In this document: piece after piece, positions 26,261 to 37,740 of the stretch
How the letters are laid out: each line of letters starts with the position of its first letter
How positions within the stretch are numbered: the first letter of the stretch is position 1
DNA from: Octopus vulgaris
Lineage: Eukaryota
Length of the DNA stretch: 64,000 bases
Reading direction: 5' to 3'
NCBI GenBank assembly: GCA_951406725.2
Contig: OX597828.1
Coordinates: forward strand, 60,326,001-60,390,000
Notes under the pieces: generated by a model
Seen by the model: only the letters and a program-made list of their open reading frames with translations
Database searches by the model: none
What the model was told of the DNA's origin: nothing
Program-made: the position numbers and the translations under genes

Positions 26261-27085
26261 CTAACAGCATAGCCCGGCGTTGCCCGGGTATGTAAGAAAC
26301 TTTGTCGATAAGCAATACCCTTTACCTTTTTACCCTTTTTTGTACTCATTGAACCGTTATTTTGTAAAATCATGGTCGGTAAAAAGTGATATGGTTTTGT
26401 CGATTTCTCCCAATACTTGTTAACAGCATTGACAAAAGGTCGTTAGTTTGACATTTAATGCAAACTTGATGTCCAACATCGGTGTAGGGAAAATCTATGT
26501 GAACTTTCAAAAAATATCGCAGAAAAATCGGTTTGCTATGTGTGCCACATATGATGTAATTAACCGATTTTTTCCAGTAATAAGGTATCCTATTGGAATC
26601 AAAAGGGCCATATAGCTCCTTGGAGCAGACATGATGCTCGCTGTGAATTTCAAAAAAATTCCTGCCAATTTGGTAAAGATATTGTCGAAAATATATCAAC
26701 TTGAATTTGAACGCGATTTCCCAAAATGGCATGATTTTATCGATTTTTTCTGATGGTAAGGTATTACATGGAAAACTAACGTTAGAATTAAGTTCCTTGG
26801 GGTAACATTAAGCTTCACCATGAGTTTGGTGAAAATCGATTGCAAGTTGCGAAAAGTACAACAGAAAATGTGTTGCATATGATAAGCTTAGATTCTCGAC
26901 CACATGTCGAATTTATTGATTTTTTTTCAGAATTAGGGGAACTTTCAAAATTTTCGCTGCATTAGTTTTGAATTATGACATTGGGCTATGTGTGTGTCAA
27001 GTTTCATCAGAATCAGTTTAAAGCCGTGGTCAGGGTGAAGGTACAACTTGACAGACAGACAAACTGCCTTTTATATATAGAGAGA
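26261..27085 (-). mobile_element. non-autonomous Helitron
   Basis: Minus strand begins TCtctctatatataaaaggcagtttgtctgtctgtc; ends cccgggcaacgccggg hairpin + ctatgctgTTAG. Confidence 0.8.
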
Positions 27086-27129
27086 TTAATCTTAGCTCAG
27101 GATTAGGAGCTCATAAAGGATTGGAATAA

Positions 27130-28385
27130 TGTTTGAGTGGAAGTTTCAGGCTTTATTTCAAAGTGCCAGAGACAATCCTGTCCGAAATCCTACTTATTAG
27201 GCATCAACAGTTGCCCCACTCTTTTGGCAATGACTTACTTAACCTCTTCCTTACTGCACCACAAGCTCTCTTAATGAATTCCTCATCGATGTCCATGTCC
27301 TACAGATGGAGATTTTGAGGTCTTGCAGGTTTCTGTGGGGCTTCTCACAAGCTTTTCTGACTAGTTCCTTGCAGATGCTGAAGTCTAAAGGTTTCAAATC
27401 AGGTGATGAAGGGAGCCAAGTGTCCTTATCCAAAAACCTGTTCCCAAAGTTATTGCTGAGAAATTTTGATCCACTGCACTTGTGTGACAAGGAGCTCCAT
27501 CTTGATGGAATGTAAACTTGCAGTCCTTAGCAATGTTGTTGAGATTTCCCGCATCTCTTGCCTCAGAAAGATATTCAGAAAGAATCTATTGTCTTTAGAG
27601 CTTTCAAAATTTGAATATAACAAATTCTTGTCAGTCTCTCAGCCTTCTCAAACATGAGAGACCACGCAAGTGAAAATCATCACTTGTGTAGGGTTTTTGC
27701 TCCTGAAAATGATATTTTTGGCTATCTCATGAGGATCTGAAGCCAGAACATGACTGTTGCATCTGTTTGTGTGCATATCTTTGGTAGAATTCTTCTTATC
27801 TGTATGTTTTACTTTGTTCAAGATGATCTTCACCCTCTCCAACTTTCTAAGCTTTTGTCCTGGAGTAACAAGGTGCCTCACAGGTCTCATGTACAATTTC
27901 ATTTTGAAGTCTTCTCTCACTGTTCTTTGAACTGTCATAGCTAAAACTCTTCTCTCACATACCAAGCATCTTATAGATTGAGTTGGATCTCTTCTGATTG
28001 ACCTCTTCAGCTCCATATTGAACTGATTATCCTTCTTGCAATTATGACCTCCTCATCCAGTTTTCCTCTCCACTATTCCCTCTTTCTCAAACTTATTCAC
28101 AATTCTCTTGATGTTTCTTGAATAAACTTTGAAGATGGAAGGCAGAAAATGAAATTTGGTAGAATTACTGAAGGCCTGGATGATCTTAGACCTCTCAACA
28201 TTGTTCAGTTGGGAAGACATGGTAAGGCTGGCACAAAATGATTTCAACTGGTTCTCTTTCCAGCTAAATATCTTAATGAGTATTTCATTGATTCTTACAA
28301 ATAACTGGTGGTCAGTATGGTCAGGTGTCTTATCTGGAAAACAGAAAATTGCAAATTGATTAAGCTTATTAGTTTTAAGTTTATA
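27130..28385 (-). mobile_element. Tc1/mariner (maT/DD37D-like) transposase relic
   Basis: LKRSIRRDPTQSIR, KNPTQVMIF, WLPSSPDLKPLDFSI..LVRKACEKPHRNLQDLK. Confidence 0.82.
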
Positions 28386-28389
28386 TATA

Positions 28390-28637
28390 CTGGGTTGGTG
28401 CATAATCATTGTGGCTTTTTTCTCAACAAATTTTATTCAACAAAACAATAACAATATGTAACAAAATCATCTTTAAATGATTATTCCGGAGCATATTCAC
28501 CATCTACTTCAATTACTGCTTTCCATTTGCTTGGCAGACGGTCAGACCATCATTTAAAGATGTTTTTGTTAAATGTTATTGTTTTTGTGGAATAAAATTT
28601 GTTGAAATAAAGCCGCAATAATTATGCACCAACCCTA
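28390..28637. mobile_element. palindromic mariner MITE
   Basis: gggttggtgcataat...attatgcaccaaccc TIRs extended to ~95-bp imperfect arms; centre encodes a transposase C-terminus LPSKWKAVIEVDGEYAPE* on the minus strand. Confidence 0.8.
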
Positions 28638-28665
28638 TGTGTGCGTGTGTGTGTATATATATATA

Positions 28666-29170
28666 TCATCATTGTCGTCGTTTAACGTCTGCTTTCCATG
28701 CTAGCATGAGTTGGACGTGTGACTGAGGGCTGGCGAACCGGATGGCTGCACCAGGCTTCAATCTTGATCTGACAGAGTTTCTACAGCTGGATGCCCTTCC
28801 TAATGCTAACCACTCCAAGAATGTAGTGTGTGCTTTTACGTGCCACCGGCATGGGGCCAGTCAGGCGGCATTGGCAATGACCTCGCTTGAATCTTTTACA
28901 TATGCCACTGGCGCGGGTGCCAGTAAGGCAATGCTGGTAACGATCCCACTCGAATGGTGTTTTTTACGTGCCACTGGCAACGACTACCTTGGATGGTGCT
29001 CTTAATACCCTACTAGCACGGGGCTCGAGTGCCAGTAGTACGACGCTGGTAACGATCACACTCGAATGGTGCCTTCTAAGTGCCACTGGCACGGAAGCCA
29101 GTTAGCCACTCTGTCAATGATCACACTCATATGGTGCTCTTTGCACCCTGCTAGCATGGACGCCAGTCAT
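28666..29170 (-). mobile_element. non-autonomous RTE 3' derivative (SINE-like)
   Basis: Reverse of the (GAT)n tail plus degenerate ~60-bp repeats. Confidence 0.8.
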
Positions 29171-29968
29171 CGTTTTCTCTCTCTCTTTGATTCCTTTGCC
29201 CCCTTTTTTTCTCTCTCTTCTCCTCTCACGTGACCGCTGGTCAACCAGCCTTTCGGCTTCTGACCACCGCCACGAGAACATCGTTTTCTTCGTCTGCCGA
29301 AAAAGGCATTTTTTTCCAAATACACCAGCTAAGCTAAGTTGAACTGTCTAAAGTCGTAAGATACCCGCTGTTTTTGTCCTGTTATTACTATTATTGTTTT
29401 TGTATTTATATTCGTGTTGCATCGTCCGTTTTTCTGTCCTTGTTTCGTATACATTTGATCCTTTTTCCAAGAAATCTAATGCTCGTAGCTTAGTTTTTCC
29501 TTGGGGCTGGCCGGATCGGAGTGATCTCAAGATTAATCAGCCGAAATTGCGAGGATGATCTGGTTCTTGACTGAAGATGGAAGGCTTCGAATGTCCCGTC
29601 CGTGTTTTTTGTATCGTCTTCTAAATGTTTTGCGTTCTTGTCCCAGTTTGTATTTTTTTACATATACATATATACATATATATATATTGATAATGGAATT
29701 TCAGTGTCATTGAAATTGTAGTGGCCATTATATACAAATAAATATGATATTTCAGATCCATTGAGAACTCTGTTGTTAATTCTTTTTCCTCTTACGATTG
29801 ATTCAGATATTCCATTTTTAATTATGTTTGTACTAAAGCCTTCAAGCAATGTGAAAATTCATTATAAAACATTTGAAGCACATTTTCTTTTTTTATATTA
29901 ACAAATGTGTTGATTTTTTTCTTTCTTTTTATCTGTTATGAAAAAATTATTTTTTACATCTTACATAG

Positions 29969-30037
29969 GCTCCAATGCTGAGTTTTGCAAGATCATTTTT
30001 GGACCCAATCTGGAAGAAAGGAATATAGGCCAAGATG
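29969..30037 (+). CDS. NUP205: NUP205 coding exon (short)
   Basis: catag|..|gtaaat; SNAEFCKIIFGPNLEERNIGQD; phase 1/1 fits both neighbours. Confidence 0.85.
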
Positions 30038-30078
30038 GTAAATTATCTATTTAGTTTGAGATTTAAAAATTATAAATA

Positions 30079-31308
30079 TTAGGTCATCCCAGAAATAATG
30101 CGGGCTTTTTATACTTCATTTATTTTTCAAAATTAAGATAAATGACGTTCTTTTTTTATCTAAAATATACTCTCCTTCATTTTCTACAATGCTCTTCCAT
30201 CTATCTGGTAGATTTGCAAGGCTCCTCTTCAAAAATTCACTTGTCCATGACAAAAAATACTCCTCCAGTATTGTTCTGACTTCATCTACAGAATTCATAT
30301 TTTTTCCGTCCAAATGATTTTAAAGACTGCAGAATAAATGATAATCAGATGGGGCACCGTCCAGCAAATATGGTGGGTGGGGCATTGTTTCCCATTCAAA
30401 CTGCTCCAGCCTTTGGAATATCATCCTCCCTGTATGGTCGTTTTTCTTCTGGTGCTGACTTAAGCTGCTTGCAGTAGATCTCTTTTGTTATTGTTTGGTT
30501 TGGGTTTAAAAGTTCTAAGTGGACTAAACATTTTGTATCCCACCAAACAGACAACAGCACCTTACATGGGTGAAGAACTTCTTTAACCTGGGGTGTCAGT
30601 GTTTTTCTTTCCCTACTCACAGTCTTTGGTGCTTGATATCTTTATAGAGAACCCATTTCTCGTCACCAGTCACTATTCGGCCCAAAAAAGGGTTCATTCA
30701 TGAGACTTGACAGCAAAGAAGGGGACACATTCACTCTCTGTGCACAATTAAACTCAGAAATTTTGTGTGGAACCCATTGACCCAATTTGATGACTTTTCC
30801 AATGGCGCACAAGTGTTGATGAATGGTTGAATGACTAAATCCAAGCTTCTCTGCTAGTTCCTCAATGGTTAAGATTAGATTTTGTTCCATCAGGGTTTGC
30901 AGGACGTCCTCATTGAGCTCTGCAGATCTTCCAGGATAAGGCTTGTCTTCTTGGCTGTAGTTTCCAGCTTGGAATTTCTGGAACCACCTTTGACACTGGC
31001 TTACACTTATTGTCCAACCCTCATATACTGCATTAATATTCCTTGCACTTTCTGTTGCATTGTTCCCTGTATTGAACTCATAAAGCAAAATATACTAAAT
31101 ATGCTCCTTTGTCACTTCCATTATAGCTTTGAAAAATAACTGTTAAAATCGAACTGCACTCTTCAAAACTTGCACTAAGAATAAGGACAAAGTAAAATTA
31201 TTACCTGCTTTTATAGCAAGTTGATGCAGACATTTCATCCCATCTCCCTACGAGTTTTAGTTAATGCAATTGAAAAAAAAACTACATTATTTTTATGGGA
31301 TGACCCAG
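30079..31308 (-). mobile_element. full-length decayed mariner transposon
   Basis: TA flanks; TIRs ttaggtcatcccagaaataatg / cattatttttatgggatgacccag; MLYEFNTGNNATESARNI HTH, GQWVPHKI, LHPCKVLLSVWWD, LPDRWKSIVENEGEYI. Confidence 0.92.
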
Positions 31309-32649
31309 TATTCTAAAAACATGTCAAAATAGACAACAGAATGCAGCTATTTTTCCTTTTCACATGAGCTGTATTTTATGTCACTTACACAAATTATAGT
31401 TTACAAATTTTATAAAAATCGATAGAAATGCAATATTTTCTCCCAATATCTAAATCATTTTTATAATTCCTACTCTGTCAGTTTTTAAGAAACTGTTTTG
31501 TATCTGCTGGTAGATATATGTCACTATTTAAGATAGTGGTTATAGTAAAAATTCACTTAGATAGTTTATAGAAACTGTTCTGAATGTACTCTTACTAGTT
31601 TCAACTCAGGAGCTGTGACCACATTAAGTTGGAATTTCTCTATTTTGATGGGGAAATTTTTTTGCACCACAGCCTTGGAAATGATGGGGTGCATGTTTTT
31701 ATGGGGGAAAAAATGCTTGAAAATTTGTGTGCATGTGTTTTATTTTCCTCCACCACACACCCCACCTCCGGACCAATGTTTTTGGCAATACACATTTAGA
31801 AGCCATAGGAGAAATCTTCTCAGAAAAACAAAAAAAATTGTAAATATTTTCAGACAGAAAGGTTTGTGATTTAAGGAAGACTTGGCTGTTGTTTCTAGTG
31901 CAACCCATGACCACCTTCCTCATTTCTTTGTCATTCTGAAAATGAATTGATGCTTTTCAGTATTTTTTTCCCCGTAAACAGATACTATTTAAAAAAAAGT
32001 TTGAAAATATATGATTTTTTTTCAACCCCAATTCTCTGCTCGTTGTCCCTCCCCATTTCTGTTTATAATTTTAAAATATTAGGAAAGCCTAAGAAGGATT
32101 TATCCTCAGTGATTTAAAAAAGAGGCCAGTAAAAGATAATTTATTTTAACGGCATACTTTTCTGTTTGTAAATATGTTTTTTGCTTGGTTAGGCGGGGGT
32201 TTCATTGAAATTACGAATTGTAAATTCTTTTTGGTGCTTATTTCCCAGCAATGAACCAAATGTGGGTTACTTCTGCATCATCAAACCATAAAATGTTTTT
32301 AAAGAAGAAAAATATTAAAAATCATCAGTACATGTGAAAGTGACAAAGAAATAAAAAAAGTGGTCGTGCAATGTACAAGAAAAAGCAGCTAAATCTCCCT
32401 TAAATTCCACACCTTTATATCTGAAAATATTTACAAAATTTTTCTTTCTTTTTTACTGGAAAGGCTTCTAACATGGTTTTTAAGTGTGTAAAGCCAAAAA
32501 AAAAAAGAATGGCCAAAATTGGTCTGGAATGTAATGGTGGTAGATGGGAGGTGAAAAAATCTTTTCAAGCAATTTTTTTTTTCATAAAAAGATGCCCCCG
32601 CATCATTTCAAAGGCCATAGTGAAAAAGGAGTTGGAAATTCCCCGTCAA

Positions 32650-32988
32650 AACGGAGAAATTCCAATTTACTTTGGCCTCCCCTGATCTGAAACTCCACCC
32701 CAACATCAATAGTAAAACATATGCAATTGATCCAGAAGCTTCCACCATAGCTGTATGCAAACTGCATAATGGAAGGCACCTGGAATGGACCTAATGTACT
32801 GGTATAAAGGGCTGACATTTTACAGGAAGCCACAAATATATATATTCAGAAGCTTGACATACCAAATTGGCTTGTTATACCACTGACAAATCTTGTAACC
32901 AAGAATGAAACCACCAAGTTGGATGAAAACTACAGGCCCATTGCTTGTTTAAACATTGTGCAAACTGTACACATGCTGCCTCAACCAA
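32650..32988 (+). mobile_element. R4/Dong-like non-LTR RT fragment
   Basis: PNWLV..TNLVTKNETTKLDENYRPIACLNIV.KLYT motif. Confidence 0.55.
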
Positions 32989-32989
32989 T

Positions 32990-34429
32990 TAATTAAAACA
33001 TAAAGGGACAAAACACAGGACAAAAGTTACAAAGGGTTTTGTCTGTTTGCAAAAAAAAACGGGTAAAAACTCTAGAGATAACAATTAAAATTCCCAATAG
33101 GGGGAGGCGCTTTGAAAGGTTACTCATGGAAACACCCATAAAAGCCACGGGAGCCTGGTCAAAAGGTGGGTAGAGAGCCCCTTTCTCCTTTTATAATACT
33201 TTTTATTTATACTACAGGTGTATCCTCAGAATTGGTCCATTTATACTGGCCATTCTTGCGACATTTACCCACCTTTCAGTAAACTTGCTATTAGACAGCA
33301 CTTCCCTCTCTACTCTCACCTTCCTTTTCAAGTGGAACTTGAAAAAGTTGATGAGGCCTTGGCCAAAGAGGAAAGTGTCTGACCTTAACCCTTTCAAACA
33401 GGTCCACTATACCACCTCTTTCGCTACAGCCACTAGACACAGGTAAATGGCCTTTCTCTCCTTGTTAAAGGAGGTCGGTGGGACAATCCTCACTATGGAT
33501 TCAGCTGATAGCTGGATCCGTCCTGTATGCGACAGTAGCTGTTTGACATAAACCCATAGTTCAGCAATACTCGGGCACTGGACGAGTGTGTGCAGAACGG
33601 TTTTGTCGTCCTGGGTGCACCTCGGGCAGGCCTGGCTGACGGCACTTCCGTGCCGGTAGAGTTTATCTCGAACAGACAGAGCCCCTCAGTAGCACTGCCA
33701 GGCAAGGGACTTTTGGAAATTGTCCATTGGCCCTGGCCCAAAAGTTCTTCCAAAAAAACTGTTCAATTCATTATCGTCAATGCCTAGAGTTTCCCCGAGA
33801 ATGTCGTTGCACTTTTCTTCCACTAACCCTCTATAGAACGCTAGAGTGGAACTACGACCGATCACATTGCCTGCTTGGCGGAGGGTGGAGAGAGCTTGAC
33901 TGCACTCGAGGTGCCAAGCGCCCTTTCTCGGTCTGCGTTTGATCCAGGTTTGCAGCTCTGTCAAAGAGACGAGACGAGCTGCGGAAAGTCACGTCTGACA
34001 AAAGACAACCACACCTGTTCACCGTCTAGGAAACACTTGAGATGCCGTGGCCTGAGCGCATGTCTGCGCATCAGTAACCACGGCATGCCAAGGCCTCTGT
34101 TCAACAGCCGTTGACAGCAGATGGATCGCCTGACCAGTGGTACCTGACTCTTCCACAAAAAGTCAAAGAGCAAGCGCACCAGCTTGGCCAACCAGCGGTT
34201 GGGACAAGGGACGACGGTCAAGCGGTAATAGATGACGGATGCGATGTACGTATTCGCCACCTCCGCTCGACCTTTCAGGGACAGCTTCCTCTTGGCCCAT
34301 TTCTGGGTGAGATTGGCCACCCTGCTCGTCACCTCTTCCCAGTTTGTATCCACCTGGAGGTCCGGACCGAACCAAACCCCGAGCAGTTTAACAGGTCCGT
34401 CTGTCCAGAGCCCTGGAATGCTCCTCCCA
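32990..34429 (-). mobile_element. Tx1/L1-clade LINE 3' portion
   Basis: PVKLLGVWFGP...WAKRKLSLKGRAEVAN...LFDFLWK...GLGMP; CPRC..DKTVLHTLVQCP zinc knuckle. Confidence 0.85.
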
Positions 34430-35668
34430 TGTGACAAGTGGTATGTGCTCACCATTACAAATATTTTGATGTCGAGAAGTCGAGGTAGTCGGTCATAGAT
34501 AGTCATGTCTTGTCTAACTAACTATACTGCTATACTGGAGTGGATGTTATAACAGTGTGATGTTAAATTACAGCAGTGGCGACAAGGAGTTACGAAACGC
34601 AAAAAAGTTTTTGTGTGAATTTTACAGAATACAAAAAGCATAAAATTATGGAAGATTTGTTAGCTGGTTTGCTCAACTTGCAAAACAGCAACAACAGTTG
34701 CAGCTGTAAGAACAACAACAATTAATATTACAACAATAAATGCTGCAATTAATGAATAGTAAGTCGTCAGGGAATGCTGAAAAAATGTTCTCAGCAGATT
34801 ATGTTGCAAACTCAATAATGAAATTTAAGTATTAACCTTTGAGCCATACTTCAGAAGATACAACAGATCTTCAATAAAGAGTTCAGAGATTGGGACGACG
34901 ATATGAAGATGCATCTAATCCTAAGAACCCTGGCAGCAGAAGAACCTGAGCATTACAGCAATTACATACTCCCCAAAGAACCTGACATAAACTTTAGAAA
35001 TACAATAGACATATTGTCTAAAATTTTTAGCAAGAAAAGCTCATTGTTCAATACACACTGTTAATGTTTGAACCTAGAAAAAGCAATGAGAACTCCATCA
35101 TTTATGCTGATAGAGTTAACAGAGAATGTGAAAAGTTCAAACTGGACAAATAAATGCCAGATATGTTTAACTGCAGAAAAAGAAGCAGAAGTAAGAACGA
35201 GAATTCTCACTAAGCTGGAACAAAACCAAGCTGTAACCTTAAAAGTGTGAAAGAATAGTAAATTTAAGACATGACACAGAGAAAATTGAACATAAAATTT
35301 GCTCCCAAGTGAAACAAGTGCAAAATAGGCAGAACAGAAATCAAATATGTGCTAAAATATAGTACAAACAGGACAGAATCAGGAAACAAACCCATATTTT
35401 GCGTGTGGAGGTCTACACCTGAGGAAAACTGCCCATTTAAGAAAGCAGAATGTTTCCGTTGTGGAAAAAATGACATGTAAAAGCGCACTGTGACACCAAG
35501 ATGACAAAACATTGGAACAATGAAAAAAGAATAAACAAGATGTCATTGAAATAAAATGGTAATGTGACAAAGAGGAAATTCGTAAATGTAAAAATTGCAC
35601 ATATAAGAGTAAAAAGAAAATTGAAAATATAAGAGTAAAAGACACAGGAAGGGATATTACCATTATGA

Positions 35669-37740
35669 AACTGCTACAAAGGTAAAGGTGATGCCCTAGA
35701 TACAAATAACTACAGAGGTATCAAGCTGTTGGACCAGGTGATGAAGGTTACGGAGAGGGTCATAGCCCAACTAATTAGAGAGAGAGTTAGTTTAGATGAG
35801 ATGCAGTTTGGGTTTGTGCCAGGGAAAAGTACTACTGATGCTATATTCCTGGTAAGGCAGCTGCAGGAGAAATACCTAGCCAAAGATAAGCCCCTGTACC
35901 TGGCTTTTGTTGACATGGAGAAAGCCTTCGACAGGGTCCCCCGATCCCTTATCTGGTGGGCAATGAGAAAACTAGGGATAGATGAATGGTTAGTGAGAGC
36001 TGTGCGGGCCATGTATAGGGACGCCGCTAGTAGGGTGAGGGTTGGAAATGAGTACAGTGAAGAATTCCGGGTAGAGGTAGGGGTCCACCAAGGCTCAGTA
36101 CTCAGCCCCCTCCTATTTATCATAGTCCTCCAGGCAATAACGGAGGAATTCAAGACAGGATGCCCTTGGGAGCTCCTCTATGCTGATGACCTTGCTCTAA
36201 TTGCTGAGTCGCTATCAGAACTGGAGGAGAAGTTTCAGATGTGGAAACAAGGATTAGAATCGAAGGGCCTCAGAGTCAATCTAGCTAAAACCAAAGTCGT
36301 AATCAGTAGGAAGGTAGACAAATCACAAACACCTTCAGGTAGATGGCCCTGCTCGATCTGTAGAAAAGGTGTAGGTAGAAACTCTATAAGATGCACCAAG
36401 TGTAAGCTATGGACACATAAGAGATGCAGCAATGTCAAAGGAAGGCTAACTAGGAAGATGGTTTTTGTATGTGGCAGATGCTCAGGAACAATAAACACTG
36501 AAAATGCTCTGAGACCAACTTCCGTCACTTTCCAGGGAGAAAAACTAGAAATAGTTGATAGGTTCCGTTACCTAGGTGACCAAGTCAGCAGCGGGGGCGG
36601 GTGTGCTGAAAGTGTAACTGCTAGAGTAAGAATAGCTTGGGCAAAGTTCAGAGAGCTCTTACCTCTGCTGGTGACAAAAGGCCTCTCGCACAGAGTGAAA
36701 GGCAGACTGTATGATGCGTGTGTACGAACAGCCATGCTACATGGCAGTGAAACATGGGCCGTGACTGCTGAAGATATGCGTAAGCTCGCTAGAAATGAAG
36801 CCAGTATGCTCCGATGGATGTGTAATGCCGGTACTCACACTCGGCAGAGTGTAAGTACCTTGAGAGAAAAGCTGGACCTAAGAAGCATCAGTTGTGGTGT
36901 GCAAGAGAGACGTTTGCGCTGGTATGGTCATGTGGCGAGAATGGATGAAGATAGTTGTGTGAAAAAGTGCCACACCCTAGCGGTTGAGGGAACCTGTGGA
37001 AGAGGCAGACCCAGGAAAACCTGGGACGAGGTGGTGAAGCACGACCTTCGAACTTTAGGTCTCACTGAGGAAATGACTAGAGACCGAGACCTCTGGAAGT
37101 GTGCTGTGCGCGAGAAGACCCGGCAGGACAAGTGAGTCCACAACCCGTGGCCTTCTACATGGGATGGAGCCAGCCTACGTATGCATACCTTCCCTTCTTG
37201 GGACACAAAACTCTACTTGTGAAGACGTGTTGAGGCAAGTGAGGATCAGAATCGAAATCGATCAATGGAAATTGCGGATGTGCTACCAGTGCCGGTGGCA
37301 TGTCGAAACTCTGCTTGTGAAGACCCATTGAGGCAAGTGAGGATCAGAATCGAAATCGATCAATGGAAATCGATCAATGGAAATTTGCAGATGTGTTACC
37401 AGTGCCGGTGGCATGTAAGAGAACTTTCCGTTTCGCGACCGTTGCCAGCACCGCCCCTTTTCGTGTCCGTTGCCAGCCTCGCCTGGCCCTCGTGCCGGTG
37501 GCACATAAAAAGCACCATCCGTTCGTGGCCGTTTGCCAGCTCTGTCTGGCACCAGTGCGGGTGGCACGTAAAAAGCACCCACTACACTCACGGAATGGTT
37601 GGCGTTAGGAAGGGCATCCAGCCGTAGAAACACTGCCAGATTTGACTGGGCCTGATGAAGCCTTCTGGCTTCACAGACCCCAGTAGAACCGTCCAACCCA
37701 TGCTAGCATGGAAAACGGATGCTAAATGATGATGATGATG
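35669..37740 (+). mobile_element. young 5'-truncated RTE LINE with complete 3' UTR and (GAT)n tail
   Basis: Uninterrupted frame from NCYKGKGDALD to TGA at 37135; tail ends in gatgatgatg; Gypsy protease resumes on the far side. Confidence 0.95.
35729..37135 (+). CDS. RTE reverse transcriptase ORF (partial) with PHD-like finger insertion
   Basis: QFGFVPGKSTTDAIF, FVDMEKAFDRV, GVHQGSVLSPLLF, LYADDL, FRYLG, RLRWYGHV, RGRPRKTW. Confidence 0.9.
   Translation: MDQVMKVTERVIAQLIRERVSLDEMQFGFVPGKSTTDAIFLVRQLQEKYLAKDKPLYLAFVDMEKAFDRVPRSLIWWAMRKLGIDEWLVRAVRAMYRDAASRVRVGNEYSEEFRVEVGVHQGSVLSPLLFIIVLQAITEEFKTGCPWELLYADDLALIAESLSELEEKFQMWKQGLESKGLRVNLAKTKVVISRKVDKSQTPSGRWPCSICRKGVGRNSIRCTKCKLWTHKRCSNVKGRLTRKMVFVCGRCSGTINTENALRPTSVTFQGEKLEIVDRFRYLGDQVSSGGGCAESVTARVRIAWAKFRELLPLLVTKGLSHRVKGRLYDACVRTAMLHGSETWAVTAEDMRKLARNEASMLRWMCNAGTHTRQSVSTLREKLDLRSISCGVQERRLRWYGHVARMDEDSCVKKCHTLAVEGTCGRGRPRKTWDEVVKHDLRTLGLTEEMTRDRDLWKCAVREKTRQDK

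Noticed and set aside
29170-29660. CpG-rich segment that could be a promoter or ncRNA
   Set aside because: Ends in a T-rich tract and looks like a retroelement UTR; no structure or motif I can support.
35641-35730. Possible Gypsy protease-RTE RT fusion ORF
   Set aside because: A TGA (35666..35668) lies in the RTE frame at the junction, and the Gypsy is decayed.
35729-37135. 468-aa RT as a possible retron or novel RT system
   Set aside because: Motifs and the (GAT)n tail are those of an RTE-clade LINE with many degenerate siblings in the window.
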